DNA of 64,000 bases from Chloroflexota bacterium (lineage in GTDB: Bacteria > Chloroflexota > Limnocylindria > Limnocylindrales > CSP1-4), in NCBI GenBank assembly GCA_034666965.1, contig JAXDKT010000122.1:6928-70927 (forward strand), read 5' to 3'. Position numbers and translations under genes: made by a program. Below are positions 58,061 through 64,000 of this stretch, piece after piece. Each line of letters opens with the position of its first letter. Position 1 is the stretch's first letter. The notes beneath the pieces are model-generated. The model was not told the DNA's origin. It saw only the letters and a list, made by a program, of their open reading frames with translations, and did not search any database.

Positions 58061-58388
58061 AACGTCGGTCCCCTCCGGGTTCGTTCCCTGGCCCGATCTC
58101 GGGCGTGTTGGCATCGTATGAGCGGGAGGGGGTGCGGTGGACTGCGCTAGTGGTACCAACCCCCCGACCCGGTGGTACCGGCGGACCAGTCGCTCGGGAG
58201 CGCCGCAGGCCGTCCGTTGCGTGTCGTCACCGACAGTTCGTTGCGGCCGGTCACCGCGGTCGATCACCGCGTTGGGCTCGCGGGCAAGCTGCGCAGGAAC
58301 TGCCCTACTGCCGATCCGGACCCGTGGATCCGGACCCCTCGGCGGCTCCTCGGCTGGCGGCTTGGGCGGCCGCCTGTACCATGACCTC

Positions 58389-59444
58389 ATGGCGCCGCCT
58401 CAGATCCCGCTCGAGGGTCGGCCCGAACCGGTCCTGGACCGGCTTGGACGGCGCGTTCACGACCTGCGCATCTCGGTCACCGACCGGTGCAACTTCCGGT
58501 GCACGTACTGCATGCCCCGCGAGGTGTATGGGCGCGATTTCGCATTCCTGCCGCGCGACCAGGTCCTGACCTTCGAGGAGATCGACCGGCTCGCCCGGGT
58601 ATTCGTGGCCGAGGGTGTCGAGAAGCTCCGGATCACTGGCGGCGAGCCGCTCGTGCGACGGGATCTGCCCGACCTCATCGCCATGCTGGCCCAGATCCGT
58701 CGGCCCGACGGCGGTCCGGTCGACCTGACCATGACGACCAATGGCTCGGCGCTCCGTTCCCTGGCGCCCGCGCTCCGGGCGAGCGGACTCGGCCGGGTCA
58801 CGGTCAGCCTCGATTCGCTCGACGAACCGACCTTCCGGGCGATGAACGGCGTCGACTACCCCGTCGCGCGGGTCCTGGACGGGATCGCAGCCGCGAATGA
58901 GGCCGGCTTCGGCCCGATCAAGATCAACATGGTCGTCCGGCGCGGGATCAACGAGGCCTCGATTGTGCCGATGGCCCGCTGGGCCCGCGCCGAGGGTCAC
59001 GTGCTGCGCTTCATCGAGTACATGGACGTCGGCCACTCCAATGGTTGGCGCCTCGACGAGGTCGTGCCCGCGGCGGAGATCGTGGCCGCAATCTCGGCCG
59101 AGCTGCCACTTCAACCGCTTCCGGCAAACTACCCTGGCGAGGTCGCCGATCGATGGAGCTATGTCGATGGCGACGGCGAGGTCGGCGTGATCGCCTCGGT
59201 GACCGCTCCGTTCTGTGGAGCCTGCACCCGGGCCCGGATCTCGGCCGACGGCCAGCTGTACACCTGCCTGTTCGCGGTCAAGGGCACCGACCTGCGCGGC
59301 GTGATCCGGGGCGGCGCATCCGATGCCGAGCTGGCGGCGGCCATCCGGGCGGTCTGGTCGGTCCGAACCGACCGCTACTCCGAGCTCCGCTCGGAGGCGA
59401 CCGCCGACCTGCCCCGGGTCGAAATGTTCGCGATGGGCGGCTGA
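58389..59444 (+). CDS. moaA: GTP 3',8-cyclase (molybdenum cofactor biosynthesis protein A, radical SAM)
   Basis: CNFRCTYC radical-SAM cysteine triad, GGEPLVRRDL, and the C-terminal CGACTRARISADGQLYTCLF second Fe-S cluster motif. Confidence 0.85.
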   Translation: MAPPQIPLEGRPEPVLDRLGRRVHDLRISVTDRCNFRCTYCMPREVYGRDFAFLPRDQVLTFEEIDRLARVFVAEGVEKLRITGGEPLVRRDLPDLIAMLAQIRRPDGGPVDLTMTTNGSALRSLAPALRASGLGRVTVSLDSLDEPTFRAMNGVDYPVARVLDGIAAANEAGFGPIKINMVVRRGINEASIVPMARWARAEGHVLRFIEYMDVGHSNGWRLDEVVPAAEIVAAISAELPLQPLPANYPGEVADRWSYVDGDGEVGVIASVTAPFCGACTRARISADGQLYTCLFAVKGTDLRGVIRGGASDAELAAAIRAVWSVRTDRYSELRSEATADLPRVEMFAMGG

Positions 59445-59807
59445 TCGGCGATCTGCGGGCCGGCTTGTCCACCGCTCGTCCACATCGGCGTCCAACTTCG
59501 TGGACACGCTCCGGCGCCGATCCGCCAACTTCGTGGACAACCGCGTTGCCCCCGGCCGGGGCACGCCGCTAACGTAGGTCTTGCCCGAAGGGGCCGTCAG
59601 GGACAGGGGCGCTGGAGATCGCATCAATGGTGTCCTGACTCTACCGGTCGCTTCGGGCGCTTCGCGTCCAGGACCGTGATCTCACCATCGCGGCTCTGGA
59701 GCGCCCGGGGGATGTGACCGGCATCCCGGTGTCGGTACTCCCCCGGGCGAGCGAAGAGCCGCGGTCGTTCGCGCCGCGGCTTTTTCATGTCCGGCTCTGT
59801 GCGGCGC

Positions 59808-60008
59808 GCAGCGTCAGGCGCGCGGGGCGCATCGTCAGGCGCGCGGGCACAGCGCCAGGCGCGCGGGGCGCACCGTCAGGCGCGCGGGCCCAGCGCCAGG
59901 CGCGCGGGCGCGGCGTCAGGCGCGCGGGCGCAGCGCCAGGCGCGCATGGTGCGCACGCAAACCCGCGGCTGCGGCCGATTCCGCGTCAGGCGCGCATGGT
60001 CCGCACGC
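59808..60008. repeat. ~7 tandem copies of a 20-21-nt unit CGCAGCG(T/C)CAGGCGCGCGGG, ending in two GCGCGCATGGT(G/C)CGCACGC copies
   Basis: Direct read. The region is non-coding; the 59714..60106 ORF is a low-complexity artefact. Confidence 0.65.
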
Positions 60009-60137
60009 TAGAGGCTGCGGCAGGGGACTTCGGACCAAATCGAGGCTCCGAGCCCACATCCTCGCCCGCGAACCACGCTCAGTGCGCGGATTGCAAGGCT
60101 CGTTGAGCGGTGGAAGGCGATCGACAGTTCACTTAGG

Positions 60138-60390
60138 GTGCCCACCATGCGCGGTTGACAGGCCGACGGGCGGCGCGGGGCCCCGGCGCTCACCATGCGC
60201 GGCTGGCAGCCCGACGGGCGGGGCGGGGCCCCGGTGCCCACCATGCGCTCACCATGCGCGGCTGGCAGCCCGACGGGCAGCGCGGGGCCCCGGTGCCCAC
60301 CATGCGCCCACCATGCGCGGCTGGCCGCCCGATGGGCGGCGCGGGGCCCGGCAGCGCGGGGCCCCGGTGGCGGCCCCGGTGCCCGGGCGA
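60138..60390. repeat. ~4 tandem copies of a 48-58-nt unit containing CACCATGCGCGGCTGGCAGCCCGACGGGCGG(G/C)GCGGGGCCCCGGTGCC
   Basis: Direct read. The CACCATGCGCG core is the reverse complement of the CGCGCATGGTG cores at the end of the 59808-60008 array. Confidence 0.65.
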
Positions 60391-60442
60391 CGACACGAGA
60401 CGGAAGCCGCACGGCAACCCGGACGCCACGTAGACTCTCCGG

Positions 60443-61306
60443 ATGAGCGACGTCGACCCGTCCCGGCCGATCCCGCCGGCCGAGCAGCCGGCCCGGCTGG
60501 CCGCCCTCGAGGCGGCGGTCCGCCGTCGGACCGACCTCGTGCCGGAGCTGGGGATCGTGCTCGGATCCGGGCTCGGGGGATTGGCCGACGAGCTGGTCGA
60601 CCCGGTCGCGATCCTCTTCGCCGAGTTGCCCGGCTGGCCGGCCGCCACGGCACCGGGCCATGTCGGGCGTCTCCTCCTGGGACGGTTGGAGGGCGTCCCG
60701 GTGGCGATGCTCCAGGGTCGCCTGCACCTGTACGAGGGTCACGACGCCGGACTGGTCGTCCAGCCGGTCCTGCTCATGGGCCGCCTCGGGGCCCGGATCG
60801 TGCTACTGACCAACGCCGCCGGCGGGGTCGATCCCGATTACGGACCGGGCTCGCTCATGATCGTCTCCGACCACATCAACCTGACCGGACGGAGCCCGCT
60901 CATCGGCCCCAACGCCGACGAGATCGGGCCGCGCTTTACCGACCTGACCGACGTCTGGAATCCAGGCCTGCGGAGCCGCCTGCGGGAGGCGTTCGCCGCC
61001 GAGGACGTCGAGTACGTGGAGGGGATCTACGTCGGGCTGCTCGGTCCGACCTACGAGACACCGGCCGAGGTCCGGATGCTGCGCACGCTCGGTGCGGATG
61101 CGGTGGGCATGTCGACCGTCCTCGAGGCGATCGCGGCGCGCTGGGCAGGGATCGAGGTCTGCGGCGTCTCACTGGTGACCAACGCTGGCGCGGGATACAG
61201 CGGCGAGCCGCTGACCCACGAAGAGGTTCTCGAAGCCGGGAGGATCGCCGGTCCGCGACTGGGCCGGGTCATCCGGCGGTTCGCGGCCTCGCTCGCCGCG
61301 GGCTGA
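60443..61306 (+). CDS. purine nucleoside phosphorylase (PNP_UDP_1 family, PunA/DeoD-II type)
   Basis: GIVLGSGLGGL, the LEGVPVAMLQGRLHLYEGH segment and the GMSTVLEAI region, typical of trimeric PNP-I. Confidence 0.8.
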   Translation: MSDVDPSRPIPPAEQPARLAALEAAVRRRTDLVPELGIVLGSGLGGLADELVDPVAILFAELPGWPAATAPGHVGRLLLGRLEGVPVAMLQGRLHLYEGHDAGLVVQPVLLMGRLGARIVLLTNAAGGVDPDYGPGSLMIVSDHINLTGRSPLIGPNADEIGPRFTDLTDVWNPGLRSRLREAFAAEDVEYVEGIYVGLLGPTYETPAEVRMLRTLGADAVGMSTVLEAIAARWAGIEVCGVSLVTNAGAGYSGEPLTHEEVLEAGRIAGPRLGRVIRRFAASLAAG

Positions 61307-61310
61307 GCCG

Positions 61311-62168
61311 CTAGCGGACGGACAGCTCGCGACCGGCTGCCTTGGCTGCCTTGGCCTTGTCGGCCCAGGCGCCCAGGACGGTGTCCTTATGGGGCCGGAT
61401 GGGGCAGTGCTCGTCGCGATTGCCCATCTCGTCGCAATAGCCCAGCGCGACGCACTTCGGGGCCAGGAACGAACCGAGGAACGGCGACACGCCGAAGATC
61501 TCGTGGCGAATGAGCTGGAACAGCCGCCGGATCTCCCATTGGGCCATCGTGCACAGACGCAGGCCGCTCATGTGGATCAGCGCCCGCAGGTTGGTGGTCA
61601 TGACCAGGTTCGTGCGCGTCGCGTTGGGGAACACGAAGCGGGCGTCCTCGCCGGGGATCCCCGCGGCAACCATGTCTCCGTACAGCTCGAGGGAACCCTC
61701 GATCTGGTCCTCGTAGCGCTGGCGCAGCTCGGGATCGCCCTCGGCCAGGGTGGTCGGCAGCATCGTCGAAGCGCCCTTGTACGTGACATAGCGCTGGCTC
61801 TGCTGGTCGAAGGCCACCCCGGCCCGGTGGCGGACCAGCTGATGCGAAAGCGTCCGCGAAACGCCACTGATCCCGAACGTGAACACGATGTGCTCGATCG
61901 TCGAGCCGTGACCGGACTCGATGACGCCCTGGATCAGCTTGCGTTGCTTGGCTGGATCGATTTCCCCGTCGACCGCCCGCCGGAAGATCTCGTCGGGCTC
62001 CAGCTCCGAGTAGCAGGTCCGGCAGGCCGTGTAGATGAGCGGCACGTAGAACCGCTCGACGATGTCACGGTCGGGGAAGAGGAGGGTCGCCTTCATCCCG
62101 AGGTCGCGCCGGCCCGGGTTCTTCGGGATCGCGGTCTTCTCGCGGGCGGGTGTCGCCTCGGTGGTCAT
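61311..62168 (-). CDS. thyX: FAD-dependent thymidylate synthase ThyX
   Basis: ThyX signature RHRxxxxxxQSQRY (SHQLVRHRAGVAFDQQSQRYV). Start at the ATG corresponding to MTTEATPAR (62168). I could not fully reconcile my base-by-base reading of the sequence with the track frame near 62095-62100, so the start carries an uncertainty of ±1 codon, with an alternative Met 24 codons downstream. Confidence 0.75.
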   Translation of the reverse strand: MTTEATPAREKTAIPKNPGRRDLGMKATLLFPDRDIVERFYVPLIYTACRTCYSELEPDEIFRRAVDGEIDPAKQRKLIQGVIESGHGSTIEHIVFTFGISGVSRTLSHQLVRHRAGVAFDQQSQRYVTYKGASTMLPTTLAEGDPELRQRYEDQIEGSLELYGDMVAAGIPGEDARFVFPNATRTNLVMTTNLRALIHMSGLRLCTMAQWEIRRLFQLIRHEIFGVSPFLGSFLAPKCVALGYCDEMGNRDEHCPIRPHKDTVLGAWADKAKAAKAAGRELSVR

Positions 62169-62263
62169 CGGAGTCCAGTCTACCGCCCCGCGCCACCGGT
62201 CGGGCTCGGATCGTCCGGGTGCGGCGCCAGGAAAGCGCTGCCTCAGCCTTCGCCCGGGCTGCC

Positions 62264-64000
62264 TCAGCCTTCGCCCGGGAGGACACCGTCGACGGCGTAG
62301 GCGAGAGCTTCCTCCAGGGTCCATGAGCGACCCTCGGCCTCGAGCTCGGCCCGGCGCTCCGGGGTGGCGTCGCTGGCCTCCGGCTGGAGCCAGGCCTGCC
62401 CGGAGGACTCGATCTGGGCCTGGACGAGCCTCGTGCCGAGGGTCTGCTGGATCCGCCGCGCGGCCCCCCACAGCCGGATCCCACGCTCCTTGTCGCCCGA
62501 GGCAAGGGCCAGCGTCGCGTAGTCGTCGACGATCAGCGCCTGGCCGGTGATGTCGCCGGCGGCCGTGAAGTAGCGGTAGGCCTGACGGAAGGCCTCCTCG
62601 GCAGCGGGGAAGTCCTCGATGAGCACGTTGACGGTGCCCACCATGTGGAGCGCCCAGGCTTCCATCGTCCGATCGCCCACGCTCCGGAACGCCTCCCGCG
62701 CCTCGGCGAAGATGGGCAGCGTGCCTTCACTCTTCTGAGCGAACACGTTGGCGCTGCCCAGCGCCCACAGCACGTTGCCGATCCCGCGCTGATCGCCGAG
62801 CTCGCGGTAGATGGCCAAGCCCTCCTCGAGGAGGGGCCGGCCAAGGCGCATGTCATAGGTCGGGCCGACCTCCTGCGCGTTTTCGTCGATGTTGTAGGTG
62901 AACGCGAGGTTGTAGAGCGCATTGGCCACCTCGGCCCGGTCACCCAGCTCGCGCCACAGGTCGAGGGCCTTCTGATACGACGGGATCGCCCCCGGGAAGT
63001 CACCCTGCCAGTAGGCGACGCCGCCAAGCGCCTCGAGGGACCGGGCGTACGCCACCGGGTCGTCCTTGGCCCAGGGCCGGGCGGTCATGTCGTCGAGACG
63101 CCGGCGAGCCTCGGCCAGGTGACCGCGCTTCTGCCAGAACCGCCAGAGCAGAAAGCCGAGGGCGAGCGCCACGCCCGGCTGGGGGGCGTCGACCGCCCAA
63201 TCGAGCGCCGCCCGGAAGTTGTCGTGCTCGCGTTCGAGACGCTCGATCCAGCGGCGCTGGTCGTCGCCCGACAGGAGCGGTTCCGCCGCCCGGGCCACGG
63301 CCAGGAACGCCTCGGCATGACGGCGTCGGATCTCGTCGCCTTCGCCGCGGGCCTCGAGGTGCTCGAGCGCGAACGCCCGGATCGTGTCGGGCATCGAGAA
63401 GCGGATCTCGCCATCGGCCTCGGACCGTCGGATGAGGCTGTGATCGGCCAGATCGGCGATGCCGTCGAAGACGTCGCGCCCCAGCTCCTCGGCCGGTCCG
63501 CAGACCTCTTCTGCGGTCTCCAGGTCGCAGCCGCCGCTGAAGCAGGCCAGGCGATCGAGCAGGTGCCGGCTGGGCTCGTCGAGCAGGTCGTAGCTCCAGG
63601 CGATCGCGCCGCGGAGTGTGCGCTGCCGCTCGGGCACGTCGCGCGCGACGGATGCAAGGAGCTCGAACTGGCGCTCCAGCCGGGTCAGGATCGCGTCCGG
63701 CGGCAGGAGCCGCACGCGAGCCGCGGCGAGCTCGATCGGCAACGGCATGCCGTCGAGGCGGGCGCAGATCTTGGCCACGCTCGCGGCGTTGGCTCGATCG
63801 AGGCTGAAGCTCGGTCGAGCCGCGACCGCCCGCTCGACGAACAGCCGGACGGCGTCGTACGCCAGCAGCCGCTCCGGCTCGGCCGCGCGCGCCGTGGCGC
63901 CCATTCGACCGATCCGTCCCTCCGGGGTGAGGCGGTCGAGGTCGGGCGGAACGGCCAGCCCGTCGAGGGGGAACTCGTGCTCGCCGGACAGGTGCAGGAT
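62264..64000 (-). CDS. large NB-ARC(STAND)-TPR transcriptional-regulator-like protein, 5' end beyond window
   Basis: The visible part begins inside the post-ATPase helical region (ERAVAARPSFSLD) and continues through multiple TPR repeats. The gene almost certainly extends upstream past position 64000, so it is partial. Confidence 0.6.
   Translation of the reverse strand: MLHLSGEHEFPLDGLAVPPDLDRLTPEGRIGRMGATARAAEPERLLAYDAVRLFVERAVAARPSFSLDRANAASVAKICARLDGMPLPIELAAARVRLLPPDAILTRLERQFELLASVARDVPERQRTLRGAIAWSYDLLDEPSRHLLDRLACFSGGCDLETAEEVCGPAEELGRDVFDGIADLADHSLIRRSEADGEIRFSMPDTIRAFALEHLEARGEGDEIRRRHAEAFLAVARAAEPLLSGDDQRRWIERLEREHDNFRAALDWAVDAPQPGVALALGFLLWRFWQKRGHLAEARRRLDDMTARPWAKDDPVAYARSLEALGGVAYWQGDFPGAIPSYQKALDLWRELGDRAEVANALYNLAFTYNIDENAQEVGPTYDMRLGRPLLEEGLAIYRELGDQRGIGNVLWALGSANVFAQKSEGTLPIFAEAREAFRSVGDRTMEAWALHMVGTVNVLIEDFPAAEEAFRQAYRYFTAAGDITGQALIVDDYATLALASGDKERGIRLWGAARRIQQTLGTRLVQAQIESSGQAWLQPEASDATPERRAELEAEGRSWTLEEALAYAVDGVLPGEG

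Noticed and set aside
59714-60106. 130-aa ORF across the 20-nt tandem repeat array
   Set aside because: The translation is a periodic RAGAxPGAR low-complexity string generated by the DNA repeat. It has no start context and no domain.
59808-60390. Possible CRISPR array
   Set aside because: Units are contiguous tandem copies of 20-21 nt and 48-58 nt without interspersed unique spacers of regular length. There are no cas genes in the window.

Overview
This is a 64-kb window of very high-GC (about 70%+) bacterial chromosome with dense coding. I could not place the taxon; it is consistent with Actinobacteria or Chloroflexi. Many neighbouring genes share GTGA/ATGA start-stop overlaps (translational coupling), and antisense frames are full of Arg/Pro-rich artefact ORFs. 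Unless noted, start codons were placed by arithmetic on the supplied ORF track; a few were also checked by reading the sequence.

The first ~23.7 kb is a large cell-surface glycan biosynthesis locus built from two convergent operons.
- Plus-strand operon (8021-15523): two Wzy_C polymerase/ligase-like proteins, a hexapeptide O-acetyltransferase, a Wzx flippase, a putative glycosyltransferase, and a complete FdtA/FdtB/FdtC-type set for a dTDP-3-acetamido-3,6-dideoxyhexose.
- Minus-strand operon (23705 down to 15539): a UDP-sulfoquinovose synthase (SqdB/SQD1-like), a GalE-like epimerase, a second flippase, a GT4, an RHH-antitoxin/Fic pair translationally coupled into the operon, and two GT2 enzymes.
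- The SqdB gene is divergent from a CstB-like persulfide-dioxygenase/double-rhodanese gene.

The remainder of the window contains:
- an NRAMP-related transporter lacking the canonical Mn/Fe-site residues, in an operon with a soluble PRC-MgtE_N-CBS protein;
- two GGDEF cyclases, an MFS transporter, PolX, a cupin/APH-like kinase pair and an ACC-deaminase/DcyD-family enzyme;
- a 954-aa hypothetical with a zinc ribbon followed by a DUF885 protein;
- Acs coupled to a hypothetical, an orphan CpaE/TadZ-like ATPase with a disordered coiled-coil partner, MoaA, a purine nucleoside phosphorylase (PNP), ThyX and a partial NB-ARC/TPR regulator.

Three non-coding islands rich in tandem repeats stand out: 25.3-26.1 kb, 26.9-27.5 kb and 59.4-60.4 kb. 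The last one has inverted-orientation motifs, a GTCCAC/GTGGAC half-site cluster and a rare T5 terminator.

No rRNA, tRNA, CRISPR array or transposase was recognised.
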